A stretch of 64,000 nucleotides of DNA. Origin: Vicugna vicugna. Lineage: Eukaryota. A program made the translations under genes and the position numbers. Location of the stretch: positions 5,452,792-5,516,791 of the forward strand of contig MU058384.1 in assembly GCA_013265495.1 (NCBI GenBank). The letters run 5' to 3'. Positions 36,391 to 50,135 of the stretch are shown piece after piece; the stretch's first letter is position 1; the number at the start of each line of letters is the position of its first letter. The notes below the pieces were generated by a model. It made no database searches. It saw only the letters and a program-made list of their open reading frames with translations, and was not told the DNA's origin.

Positions 36391-38984
36391 TAATCTTCAA
36401 TTATAGAAGATTCTTAAAGAAAATCAGTTATATCATTTCCAAGTACTTAGAACCATGTGATCTCATGATTAAAACAGAACCGTCATCTTCAGTCTTGACG
36501 AATCAGCTGTAGCCAAGAATTTAGATTGTGTGTGTTCCTACCATGAAGCTTTTATAGAAATGGATGAAGGTAGTGCTCAAAATAATTTGTTCTCAGATTA
36601 AGCAAACCACCTACTCCCCAAACCAACTTCTTTTTATCTATAATTTGTGTTAACATCTCTTTCATAGCTGGTACAAAATTAAACAAGACTAGTTTATATT
36701 CACAAAACTCAAAATTCTCCATAAGTGTATATTCTAGGTTAATAAGCATTTGTTACTCTATCAAGAGTTTTAAGAGACAAATAGCATTAAAAACAACAAT
36801 AAAAGATAGAAAAATGAAATTCACTCCCAATCTCAGTACTTCAACACCAACTGGTTTTCCTTTTCCCATGTATTTTTTTCCAGACTTTGTTCATATGCTG
36901 CTGTATCTCTTTTTACGATGGTGAAACTGTTTATCCACTATAAGAGATGAAGTGAAATGGACTAACTTTGTCCCTAACATAATAACTATCTGTTATTAAA
37001 GAACTGCTGGTTGGTAGACATATAACGGACAATTGGTTTCTCGGACTCTGAGCTCCTCAAAGAACATACTATGTGGACTCTCATACAGAAATCTTGATTA
37101 AAGCCAGCAAAGTGGTCTGTAGTTAACTGTCTTCTGCTCCAACTAGCGACTAACTGATAAAGGGCAACAGCTGAAGTACTTTCTTTGCGTGTGTCCTTGT
37201 GTGTCTGTGTTTGGATCGCCAAGTTAGACACTAATCTCTAGCGAATTGAGCATTAAGTAGGTTGTTATGTCTTATGGAAAAAATAATCTACACCTCTGTA
37301 TATAGATTTTAAAGAAATTAAACTCTGCTTATTTATTACGAATCTGTTTTTGAGATCAAGTCATCATTGTTGGAAAAGAATGTTCTCATATTTACTTCAT
37401 TCATATTTGAAAACAGCTACACTCAGAGTCTAGCTATATGGATTGTAGGGAATGGTTCACTTGTCACTGATCAAGTCATTATCCCCAGTGAACCAGATTT
37501 GCCTGCCTGGAGGCAATGTTCTTGGATGTACTGCATTTATTCATAGGTTTTTGGTTTGTTTAATAGCCCTTGTTAGCAAACACTGAAATTTGAAAGTTGC
37601 CCAAATTCATTACCAGGATGTAGCTAGAGCTCCAATTTGGTGCTGAAAGTGTAAAAAAGTCTTGATTCCCAATGACCTCTGTGTCTCAATTTACATGAAT
37701 TTGCATATATATCATGATCTTTGCTTGTGAGTTACAGAAGCTGAAACGAAATTAGGTAATATTGCTTTCAGCAGTTGAATACGTGCTATAAAAATAAAAC
37801 CAGATTCCAATAAAAGCAAAAATTAATTAAAATGTTTGATATAATTTCATCACAGCAAAGTCCAACACCATTATATCTACCATGAAGTTCACTTTACTGC
37901 AAAAATGATTTTTGTAATATTTTTAGGAAACTAAAACCTATTTTCATAGTTCTGCCTTTTACTCCATTAACTGATACTCCATGTGATGCTTATTCCACAA
38001 GAGCCAAGCCAAAAATGACCCATGCAGAAGATATTGCTGTTATTGTAGTAATGATTTCCACTAAGGGTTCAGGTGCTCACTATTTCACCCTAAGTTTTAA
38101 GGGAAGATCAGTAGTTTTTACAAAAATATTTTTTGACATGAGTTAGTTTTTCTTGAGCCTTGCTTTTTTAAATTAAATACTCTCTGAAAATTGTTTTCCC
38201 ATAATAATAATTGGTAATAATAAAATAAATTTATACCGGAAAATTTTCCACAAAGGTTATCTAAGTATATTCTCGTGAAGTCTTGTGAGGTAGCAATTAT
38301 TGTTTTATTTTTTGATGGGTCAAGAGCCAAATGAATCAAAAGTCTTTTTAATTCTTACAATAAGTCAATGGAAAACCTATAATTTGAGTTTATGGCTGGC
38401 TTCCTAGTACATTGTTCTTTTCATCAGCCTTGTATATCATGTGCTGATTGCAGTGGAACAATGATTGAGAGTACCCCAAAAGGTTACCTTAAATTGTTTT
38501 ATTGCTTCAGCCAAAGTATTTTGTCAAAGTCAAATGTGGTGATTTGTGCTCACATGACTACTCTGCATTGGTCCACCAGCCAGCTTTGCTTGGCACAATT
38601 TTAAAGCTCTTGCTTGTAAGTGGAAACAGGTGCCCTTCCTCATCTCCTGTGTCCCCTATCCCCTCAACCAGTATCCTCCCTCTCACCCGGACACTGCCAC
38701 GTCTAATGAGCTTACAATTATTTTTAAACTTCTTTCCATGAGGTGGTATCTGCATACTAGCTGAGGGAGAGAATGTAATCCATCTTGCAGAAGTTAAACC
38801 ATGGGTCATGTGAAGAGCAGAAGGTGGTAAGAAGGGGATATTTGATGGAACTCTCGATAGAAATGTCAAACTCAATATCATATGTCTATTTGACTCCAGA
38901 TTTTAGAGTTCAAACAGTTTGTGCTAGAACCAATCAGTGGAACCAGTTCATGTTTGGAGAAATGTTTCTCCCAGATTGCCAAAG

Positions 38985-39125
38985 AAAGAGAGAGAGAGAA
39001 TTTAAAAGGAGGGAGTGGTGAGGAGGAGGAGGAATGGAGTAATAAAGAAGAAGTGGAGGAATGGAGGAAGGAAAGAGGAGAAAAGAAAAAGAAGAGAAAA
39101 AAGGAGAGAAAAAAAGAAAAAAGGG
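38985..39125. repeat. Purine-rich (GA) low-complexity tract
   Basis: Directly visible. Explains the biased E/K/R-rich and F/S/L-rich ORFs here. Confidence 0.9.
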
Positions 39126-39629
39126 GCAGGGCTTTTTGTGCATGCATGTTCTGCTTTTAAAAAATATAATGGCTTAACTAATTTGATTCATTTGGCTAAT
39201 GAAGATGGTTTTGGTTAAAGAATCAATCAATTTCATCTGGCCAGTGAGTTTAATTTACAAATTCCTACCAGAGGTTATTGAAGGGTGAATAATGCTGTGA
39301 TCAAAGAACTAGACAAGAGTACATACATTCCTGTTGAAGAACAACAAAATTACACGTGAAAGAACAATGTGGATAACCGCCAGTACCATGTAGTTGTTAG
39401 GAGTAGTTGGAGAGCACATGCTTGAGGTTCCGTAAAGGTGAAGAAATAGCATTATATGGCCCTGCCCGTCTGGCATTCTCATCTCAGTAAGCATCACCAC
39501 CTACTACTTAGATCCAAGCCTGGCACTCATCGATGCTTTATACTTTCTCCTAGAAGAAGAAACACCAACAAAGGGAGATAAGAGAACAAAATCTCCTGAC
39601 TGATTGGAAGATGGACAGGTTTGCCAACC

Positions 39630-40340
39630 TAGTCCTTTTCACCTCTCTCTCATCCTTCTTCCCTGCAGCTGTCTTACTTAAGCACTCATTATGTTGTGCC
39701 AGGATAATTGCAACAGTAGCCTGACTCTTCCTTTTTCCCTAATCCAGCAACCACAATCTTTCCAAAGCATAAATATATTTAAATCCTGTTATTCAAGGAG
39801 CTTAAAATCCCTGAATGCCCTGCCCTTGCCTCAGGATAAAATTCAAAGGCCTTCACCAAGCCTATGGGGCCGTTTATGAGTCAATCCCTGTCTAACTTTC
39901 AATTCCCCACTTTACATTCTTTCATCACTCAACCTACCTATCGAACGAAATTTCATGCAGTTCCAGAAAAGGCCATACTGTCTCATGATGCCTTTATCTG
40001 GGCACTAGAGGCACCCAGGGTTATCTCCCCAGCTCTTGCACTGGGCTAGCTTGGTAAAGGCCTCATCTCTTTCAAGAAGTCTCTGGGCCCCAGCCTGCCT
40101 GCTGGCACCAGAGTGTTTCAGGTATCCCTCCGGAGGCTCACTCTCACCTCACACACCACTTCCCTTTTTCATGATAGCTATCAGAATTTGTTCACTTTTC
40201 TGTCTCCACACTAGACCTTGAACTCCTTCCTCGCATGAACTCCTTCCTCGCACTCACCTAACACATTCCTGGCACAGGGAGGTGCTCAATTCAGTAAATC
40301 CTTGTTTAATGATTCAAAGAATTAATGAACTAACAAACAA
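39630..40340 (+). mobile_element. L2 3' region
   Basis: ggataattgcaacagtagcct...gcttaaaatccctgaatg...tgtctccacactagac...cctggcacagggaggtgctcaa. Confidence 0.85.
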
Positions 40341-40439
40341 CATGTTAATGAGAAGAAATGAAGAGAAGACAAGGACATGAAGTTTGGGCGGTAGTGGTGG
40401 TAGAGTTGTTTCTCGGTCAGATTACCTGAGTTGGATAAA

Positions 40440-40620
40440 ATGGCAAGAATTCAGAACTGGACTGGGTTCTAGTCTCACTTGGACCCCAAAAGGGTGCCTT
40501 TGGGCTGGTCACTTAACTTCTCTAAACCTCTGCTGACTTTTCTGTATACAATATGAACCTCATAGGTTTTTTTTTTTTTTAATGAGGGTAAATAAAATAT
40601 CACAATACTGTGTTTACAAT
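40440..40620 (+). mobile_element. MIR SINE
   Basis: actgggttctagtctc...gtcacttaacttctctaaacctc. Confidence 0.7.
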
Positions 40621-40934
40621 ATTTGCTAGAACATACTAACAAACTAATAATTAAAAAATCTATCATTAAGAATCTAATAAATAATAACTACAGCCCCTTG
40701 AAGTTCTTTCTCTGATCCTACTGAAGTCAACCAGTTCAAAACAACCACCAAAGAGCTTCAGATTAGTAATTTAAGATAGAGAATGATCAATTAACTAAAC
40801 AAAACTTCCTGTACAGGAGAGGAGTAGGAAAGAAGGAAATTGCAGAAGGCATTAAGTTCAAAAATAAAGGGAAAAATCTAATTCACATTAGTCTCCACTA
40901 TTTTTAAAATCTTCTTTCTCCTTATCGTCCTGCA

Positions 40935-43905
40935 ATACTTTGATTTATATTTTATAAAGTTTACATACAAATCTTGTGTGTACAATTGGATGAATTTTGA
41001 CAAATGAATATACTTATGTAACCAACAGCACAATCATGACGTAGAATATTCCCATAGCTTCAAAAGTTTTCTTGTCCTCTCTTTCACCGGATCCCCCCGT
41101 AGACAACAAACATAATGTTATTCTGTCTGCTCTTGAGCTTTATGTAGTGAAATCACATTTCCTATTCACACAGTATTAGCCTGTGAGGTTCATCCATATT
41201 ACTAAATATTTAAGTAGTTCTTCGATTTATATGATTATACCATAATTTGTTTATCCCTTCTTCTGTTGCTGAACATTTGAATTTTATTTTCCAGTTTGGG
41301 GCTATTACACATAAAGGTGCTATAAATACCCCCGTATCAATCTTCTTGCAGGCATATAGGTTTATTTTGCTTGACAAATACATGGAAGTAGAATTACTAG
41401 GTCATGGTGTAGCTGCACATTTAATTTGATAAGAAAATAAGAAACAGTTTTCCAAAGTGGTTGTATCATTATATAGTCCAACTCCATTCAAGCAATGGAT
41501 GAGACATACAGTTGCCCCCTCAACCCTCACCAATATTTGAGCTGTCAACCTTTTAATCTTTTCTCTTCTCGTAGGAGAAAAATGATATCACACTATGGTT
41601 TTAATTTATGTTTCTTGGCAACAAAGGATGTTGAGCAACTTTTCAAGTGCTCATTAGACATTTGTATATTTTCTTCTGTAAGGTGTCTGTTCAAGCATTA
41701 TGTCCCCCCTCCTTTTAAAAAATAAAAAGAAGAGAAAAAAGCTTCTTGTAGGAGAAATTTATATACCATGGATAAATGTCCTTTGTCACATATATTAAGC
41801 CAAGTTAGTTACTTGCTTTTCCATATTTTTAGGAGTCTTTTGATGAGCAAGAGCTTTGAATTTTGAAAAATTTTGCCTACCCCAAGGTTGCATAGATAGT
41901 CTTCCATGAATTCTACTCAAGTCTTTGCAGTTTTAGTCTTGAAATTAAGGTCTGTGATCAAGCTTAAATTAGTTGTGTGTAATGGTGTGAGATGAGGGTT
42001 GAGGTTCAGTTTCTTTTTCCTATATTTTTCTCCAGTGTTCCATCACCATTTGTTGAAAAGAAGATTCATCTCCATGAACTATATTAGTATTTTTGTTGAC
42101 AATCCATTAATTCTACATTATGTGTGGACTTATTCTGGACCCTATTCTATTTGTCTAGTCTCACATAAGGACATTACAGTTTCTGATTACTATAGTTTTA
42201 TAGCAAGGCATGAAATATGATGTGTATCACATCAACTTGCTTCTTTTCAAATTTGTTTGGCTATTCTAGGTGCTTTTCACTTGCATATAAATTTTGGGAT
42301 CAGTTTGTCAATTTCTGAAGAAAAAAAGCCTGCTAGGGCTTTGAGATTATATTGATTCTGTGGATCAATTTGAGGAGAACTGAAATCTTAATGATATCCA
42401 TTATTCTAGCTCATAAATATGGTATATCTTATCATCTCTCCATCTATTTCAGTCTGCTTTTATTTCTCTCAGCAATGTTTTGTTGTTTTTAGTACAAAGG
42501 TCTTGTACTTTACTTTGGAAAGTTCAGTTCTTAGTATTTTATATTCTTTGATATTATTGTAAGTGGAATTGCATTTTTAAATTTCATTTTAAATGATTTT
42601 CTATTAGTAGATGACATTGATTTTTGAAAATTGAATTTGTATTCTTAGTAAGTGAACTTGCTAAGCTCACTTTAGTTCTAGTGGTCTTTTTTGTAGAATA
42701 TCTTAGGATTTTCTACGTGTTATCTGTAAAGAAAGATTTACTTCTTCCTTTCTAATCTTAATGCTTGTGATTTCTTCCTTAAGTGTTTAATTGAGTTACT
42801 AGAAAAGTTATTTAAGTCTAAGGATTTTATCAGGGGAAATTTTAAAATTGTGAATCCAATTTCTGTATGAATAGGGTTATTTTATCATTGAATGTACTGT
42901 TAGTCATTAGTTTCTCATTGACCACATTATTAGACTGAAGAGATTGTTTTTATCCTAGTTTGCTGCTTGATTTCATTATGAAAGGGTGTTGAATTATTTT
43001 CAAATGCTTTTCTGTATTGATTGAGATTATTATGTTTTTCTCCTTTATTCTGTTATTGTGCTAAATTACAATAGACTTTTGAATAGTGAACCAAACCAAC
43101 CCTGCATTCCTGAGATAAATACTACTTGCTTATCAAGTATTACTCTTTTTACATATTGTGGCATTTGATTTGGTAATATTTTAGCAAAATTTTTGCACTT
43201 GTGGTTATAAAGAATATTGCTCTGCCATTTTCTTTTCTTGTAACGTCCTTGAAAGATTTTGGTATCAAGATTATGCTACTATTATAAAATGAGTAGAAAA
43301 CTATTCCTTCATTCTCATTTTTAAAAAAGTTTTCTAACCAGTGAGATCATCTAGCCTGACATTTTCTTTCTTTGCAGCTTTCTATCACAAATTCAATTTT
43401 CAAACCAATTTTTGGACATTTCTGATTTTCTACTTCTTCCCGTGTCAGTTTTGGTAAAAATATTTTTCAAGTAATTTGTCCATTTTACCAAAGATGTTTA
43501 ATATATGGACATAAAATTTCTTCTACAATATTCTCTTATGATTCTTTTAAAGACTTGGATCTCCTTTTTTCATTCACAATACCGATTAATTGTATTTTTC
43601 TTTATCAGCTTGCTAGGGCTTTATTAATTTTAAAATATCTTTTCAAAGAATGAACTTTTGCTTTTAAAATGTTCTGTATTGTTTTATTTATTTATTTATT
43701 TATTTTCTTTAATGTTTTCTTAATTCTACTTATTTTAAGTTTATTTGCTCTTTTTCTACTATTTTAAGACAAAAATTTGGAATATTGATTTAAAAGATTC
43801 CTTCTTTTATTATATCAGCTTTTAAGGCTTTAAATTTTCCTCTAAGTACTCCTTTAATTTCAACCAACAAATTTTGATATGTTATTGTTTTTAATCATTT
43901 TGTTT
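40935..43905 (-). mobile_element. Old L1M (3' UTR and decayed ORF2)
   Basis: Antisense L1 hallmarks: acagttttccaaagtggttgta; catcaccatttgttgaaaag; tttggctattctagg; aaccctgcattcctgagataaa; ttttggtatcaagattatgct. Confidence 0.9.
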
Positions 43906-43914
43906 GCACTATAT

Positions 43915-46440
43915 ACCCAGTTTTATTGAAATACAATTTACATAAAATAAAATTCACTCATTTTAATTGCCCAGTTTGATCATTTTGGCAGTTCTATATA
44001 ATCACATAATCACCATCAGAATCAAAATATACACTATTTCCATTACGTCCCTGCAAAGTCCCTCATGCCCCTTTGCAGTCAATGTGTTTCTTAAATCTCT
44101 GATCCCAGAAATCAGTGTTCTTTCTGACATTAGGGTTTTTCTTTTTTTAAAACTTAATATAAGAATAATAATACAATGTATAGTCTTTTGGTTTGACTTA
44201 TTTCACTTAGAATAATGTTTTTAGTTTCATTTATGCTATATATATCAATACTGTGTTCCATGATTAGTGCTAATAGTATTTCACAGTATGAATTCACCAA
44301 TTGTTGGACATTCAGTTGTTTCTACTTTTATCTTTTATGGATAATGCTGTTATAACATTCATATAAAAGTCTCTATATGGATGTATATTTAATTTCTTAC
44401 CTCAATACATAGGAATGGGATTGCTGAGTTGGATAAATTCATGTTTAAACTTGACACTGCCATACTGTTCTCCAAAGGTACTGTAACATTTTGCGTGTCC
44501 ACTCATACCGTATGAGAGTTCCAGTTGCTCCACATTTCTCACTGGCACTTGGTATTGCCAGTCTTTTCAATTCTAGCCATTTTAGTGAGCATGTGGTAGG
44601 ATTTCATTGTGGTTTTAATTGATGACTAGAGATGCGCATATACTTTCATATGCTTATTTGCCATCTGTATATCTCCTTGTGTGAAGAATTTGTTCAAATC
44701 TTTTGCCAAGTGTTTCATTGTGTTTGTCTGCTTACTATGGAATTGTAAGAATTCTTTATAGATTCTGGACACAAGCCCTTTGACAGACATATGCTTTGCA
44801 AGTGTTTTCTTCTCAATCTACAGCTTGCCATTTTATTTCCTTCAGTCAGTGTGATTTTCTAAGAGCATAAGTTTTTAATTTTGCTAATGTCCTTTTTATC
44901 AGTGTTGTCTTTTATAATCAGTGCTTTCTGTGGTCTATTTAATAAATCTTTCATTAACTCAATATCACAAAGATTTTCTCTTATACATTTATCTGAGGTT
45001 TTTTGCTCTTATATTGAGGTCTATGATCCATTTTAGTTCATTTTTACTTCTAATATGTGGTAAGTGTCAAGGTTAATTTTTCAAATCCGTAGAGATATAC
45101 AATTACTTTGGCACATTTGTTTAAAAGTCTGTTCTTCCCATATTGAATTAACTTGGCACCTTTATTAAAAACCAATTGATCATGTAAGTATGGATCTATT
45201 TATGGATTCTGTTTCAGTGATCAAATTGTTTACCTTTATACTGTTACCAGTATATATGAATACTGTAGCTTTATGATACATTTTGAAATTGGATAGTGTA
45301 AGGCCTTCAACTTTGTTCTTCATTTTAAAAATTATTGCTGCTGTTCTATGCCTTTACTTCTTATAAATTTCAGAAGCAGATTATTAATTTCTTCAAACAA
45401 GACTATTAGAATTTTAATTAGTATTGCATTGAATGTATAGATCAACTTAGAGTGAATTGCCAACATTGAACATTGGCATAGCATAACATAACGTAACATT
45501 GAATCTTCTAATCCATGAGTAGGTGCATCTCTTCATTTATTTAGGTCTGCTTTTATTTCTCTTAGCAAAGTTTTGTAGTTTTCAGTGTAGACGTCTTACC
45601 ATTTTTAAATAAATTTAAATCTCCTAGTATTCCAATGCTATTTATAAATAAAATAGTTAATAAAATTTTTCCAATTGTCCATTGTTAGTATATAGAAATA
45701 CAATTGATTTGGTTTATTGACCTTGTATCTTGCAATCTTGTCATACTCACCTATTCTATTAACTTCTTATAGATTTCTTTAGAATTTTCTATGTATAAAA
45801 TCATTTTATATGTAAAGAGAATTTTACTTCTTCCTTTCCAATCTATGTACCTTTTATTATTTTTATTGCCTATTGCATTGGTGAAGACCAGTGAAATGTT
45901 GAATAGACACAGGGAAAGTGGATATCCTTGCCTTGTTTTTTATCTCAAGAGAAAGCATAGTGCTTTCAATATTGAGTTATGATGTTATCTGTAAGTATTT
46001 GCAGATATTCTGAAATCAGATTTAGAAAGATCATCTTTTCTCCCTAATTTGTTGAGATCATAAATAGATGTTGGAATTTTACAAAATGTTTTTTTTACAT
46101 TGATTGAAATAATATTTTTTCATTTTTGCTCTGTTAATGATAAAATACACTGATTTATTTTCAAATGTTAAACTCAATTTGCCATAAAGTATTATATTTT
46201 TCTATATTGTGGAATTCAATTTTTTATATATTGCAGAATTCAGTTTGCCAAAATTGTATTAAAGAATTGAATTAGCATTTACGTTCTCATGGTTCATCAG
46301 TGTAATGTCTTGTGATGTCTTTTGTTTTAGTATCAGGATAACGCTAGCCTCATTAATTGTTGAATGTTCCCTCTCCCTCTGCTTTCTAGAAGAATTTGTT
46401 TAGGATAGTCTTATTTCTTCTTTAAACATTTAAGGAGGAT
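43915..46440 (-). mobile_element. Second L1M nested in or adjoining the first (new 3' end at ~43915)
   Basis: A fresh 3' end ttttattgaaatacaatttacataaaataaaattcactcatttt, followed by ORF2 3' landmarks already seen at 41-43 kb (ccagttgctccacat; tggatatccttgccttgtt). Confidence 0.85.
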
Positions 46441-46444
46441 TACC

Positions 46445-47760
46445 GTGTTTTGAAATTTTGATATTAGTCACATAAACATTTATCGTTGTTACAGCTTTCT
46501 GATAAATTGACCAATTTCTCATTATGAAATGTCTCTCTTTATCTCTGTTGAAATTTGTATCTTTAAAACCTTATCTTCTTATATCTCTGTTTTCATGGTT
46601 CATCTCTTTGCAGCCATTCACTTTCAGTCTATTTCTTTCTTTACATTGAAAGTGCAGCTGTTGTAAACAGCATGAATTCAGATCATTTTTAAAGATCCAT
46701 TATGACTAGCTCTCTATTTTAGACTATTCGTCTATTTATTGATTTTTTTGTAATTGGATGTGTCATTTTATTATTTATTTTCTATTTGTTACTTCAGTAT
46801 TTTGTCCCTCTCTTCCCTTTTCCTGATACTCCTAATTTTTTTTTAAATCACTTTTTATCTTCCTATTGGCTTTCTAGCTGTACTTCTTTGCATTATTTAT
46901 GTTGGTGTTTGTTCTAGGAATTTCTATATATGTATGTATATATACATATAGAATACAAAGACACATATATATCCCTAATTTGTCATAGAGCACTTGTATC
47001 TATGTAGAAGACTTACAACAGTATAAGGCCTATACTGATGTCTCCCAATTCTTACTCTATAATTGCCACATATATTACAGCTGGCTATGTTACAAACCAC
47101 ACAAGATAATGATACAATTTGCTTTAAACGGTCATATTGATTATAAAGAAATTAAGATAAAAAAGCAAAAAACTAGGTCTTTTCTGTTTACTCAGACAGT
47201 TACCATTTTTGATGCTCTTCATTCTTATCTGTGGATCTCCATTTCCACCTCTTAGCATTTCCTTCAGCCTCAAGAACTATCTTTAGCATTTCTTGTAGTG
47301 TGGATCTGCTTGTACCAAATTCTCTTCATTTCCCCTCATCTGAGGACGTCCTTATTTCTCTTTCATTATTACAGGATATGGAATTCTTGGTTGAAAAAAT
47401 TTTTCAGCACTTTAAAGATGTTGTTTCACTCTCCATAGTCATTGGAATAATTAAGTTCTAATCTCTTGAGCAAGAAATGATAATTATACAATGTGATAGA
47501 GGTGCTAATTATCACTACAATGGCAATCATATTATAATATATAAATATATCAGGTTAACAGGTTGTACACTTAAAATTTGCACAATGCTGTAAGTCAAAT
47601 GTATTTCAATTAAAGGAAAAATACTTTGTTCCGCTCTTTGCTGGACTCCATGGTTTCTCACAGATATCAGGTATTAATCAAATTATTGTTCGCTTGCATG
47701 TCATTTTCTAGATTTGCTCTTTATTTTTGACTTTCAACACTTTGACTCCAATGATACCTG
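46445..47760 (-). mobile_element. L1M upstream ORF2/inter-ORF fragments
   Basis: ttctcattatgaaatgtctctctttatctct; ctttagcatttcttgtagtg...ctgcttgtaccaaattctct; ttttcagcactttaaagatg. Confidence 0.75.
47433..47620 (+). mobile_element. Short younger L1 3' end inserted into the old L1
   Basis: tgtgatagaggtgctaattatcactacaatggcaatcat...tgtacacttaaaatttgcacaatgctgtaagtcaaatgtatttcaattaaa. Confidence 0.75.
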
Positions 47761-47789
47761 CTTTTGCGGATTGGCTTTGGGAAGAAACA

Positions 47790-50135
47790 AAATTTTATGA
47801 CAAATGACAGCATCACCAATTCCTTTGGTAGCTAGAAAAAAACAAAACATATAAAGTCAGATCAGTTTTCAAAGGAGATTTTATCAAACTTTTAAAGAGT
47901 AGATAATTTAAATGCTGTTGAGATTGTTCAAAGCAAAAATTTTTGTATGAAGCAAAGATGATATTGATATCAAAATCTTATTTAAAATTTACATACAAAG
48001 AAAACTACAGATCAGTATCACATATGATTACAACCAGAATCCAAAAACACATTAAAAAAATATACCCTAACCAAATGTGCTTTCCATCCATGAATTCAAG
48101 ATGCTCAACATCAGAAAGTCAGTTAATATTATTTTTCAAATTTGATGAGATTTAAGAAGTAATTCACAAATCATTTCTACAAATGTTAAGAAGATTTGAC
48201 ACATTACAATACCCATTCTTGATTTTTAGAATTTGATAAAATGAAACTTGATACTTTCTTGACATGAAAAAAATGTATTTACATATGGAGTCCAGGACAG
48301 CACAAGAATGCCCTCTACTACCACTAACATTTAATATTTCACTAGAGATATTAACTTATGTCATTAGACAAGAAAAGGAAAGTAGTGATTTAAGAATTGA
48401 AAATGAAGAGTTTTAAAATTGTTTCTATTTGCAAATGATATTATTGTACATGATTTTTCTCTTGTAAAATACTTAAAAGAATTGATGGGAAAACCACCAC
48501 AATTTAAGACAATATTAGCAAACTAGTGGGACTTAAATTTACATTTAAATATATGTATTTTTCCATTTATTGCTATTGCAATAGCAATTTTCAAAAAAGA
48601 CAAAATAGCTAGGATTAAACTTAACAGGAAATGAGCAAAATCTACATGAGGAAAACTTTTAAATGCCCCTGAAGGGAAAAAAAGTACATTTAAACAAGTG
48701 AAAATATCTATAATGTTCCTTGATGCAAAGACTCAACAACACTGTAATGTTTGTTCTCTCTAATTGAATAAATTTAACAAAATCCAAGCAAAAATAGCCA
48801 GGAAACTTGGAAACTTTCAGATATTAAAATATAATATGGTATCTCATTGACTGAAACACTATAGTATTGACCCATGAATAGACAGATGAGGACAGATTAG
48901 AAATTCCCAAAATAAGCACAAATGCATGTAGGATTTGGAATTGGTGAAGATGGCATCTCAAATCATTTTTAATAAATGTCATAGAGTCTACTGGTTAAAA
49001 GATATTACTAAATCCATAATTCCTACTATATTTCAGGATAAATGCCAAAGAGTCAAAACTTCTCATGTAAAAAATGAAGTCAAGTAAGTACTGCAAGAAA
49101 ATATAGGTAATATTTCCTTATTATACTATAGTGGAGAAGACCTTTCTACCTATGATTCAAATTCCAAAACCTAAAGAGAAAACTAATGATAAAATCAAAC
49201 ACATAAAGGTAAAAACAATTAAACATGGCAAAAACAAACAAGTAACCAAAAATAAGCACAAACAAAATCCAAAGACAGAAGAAAAACTGGACAAAATATT
49301 GCAATTCATAAATAAAGGTTGATATCCTTAATAAATAATAACTCCTATACATGAAGATTAAAAAACCACCAATAATAGAAATGGGCAAAGGACATGAACA
49401 GCAAGTTCACAGAAAAATAAATTCAAATGTCCCTGAAAGTTATGACAATATGTTGTCACACTCATGGTGAACTCAAATATTGAAACTACTCTAACATCTG
49501 TCCTCTATTGTATTAGACAAATCCAGAAGTTTGATACTCACTCTCTTGGCAAGGCTGTAGGGAAACAGGCACTCTCATACATTACTAGAGGGACAAAAAA
49601 AATTACAATTCCTAAGGAAAGGAGACTGGGAATATCAACATTACAAATGCATTTACCCTGTAAGTCAGGAAAACAGCATCTCAGAATCTAGCTTTTAGTT
49701 ACACCTGAACCCAAACAAAATGGAAAAGGATGTTTCTTGCAGCATTGTTTGCAATAAAAGAGACTGGAAACTATGAAGAGTACAGCAACTAGGAGACTGG
49801 TTGAATGAAATCTAACACATCACTATATTGGAATACTATGCAGCTGTGAAGAGGATGAGGAGGGTTTGACATACTGCTGTGGGGAAGTCTATAATATATT
49901 GCTAAGTAAAAAAAGGCCAAGTGTAGAAGAGTAAACTCAACCTTTTGTATAAGAAATAAAGGTATAAGAATACCCATATGTGCATAACAAAATAATATAA
50001 AGATAATTCAATAAAAACAGAGTGGACAGGAAGAAAGTGGTGGATGGGAATAGAGGAGAGTCTCACTTCTCAGTGTCCCTTCTTGTATAGTTTTGATTTT
50101 TGAGCCATGTTCAAAGAAAATTTTTTGAAGAGAAA
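47790..50135 (+). mobile_element. Old L1M sense fragment (decayed ORF2 to 3' UTR)
   Basis: aaagaaaactacagatcagtatca; caagaatgccctctactacca; aaatgggcaaaggacatgaacag; ggcaaggctgtagggaaacaggcactctcatac; gaatactatgcagctg. Confidence 0.85.

Noticed and set aside
38878..39218. Overlapping charged or hydrophobic ORFs
   Set aside because: Artefacts of a purine-rich low-complexity tract.
40935..50135. Twin-priming L1 inversion
   Set aside because: Both orientations have their own 3' UTR, which points to separate insertions.
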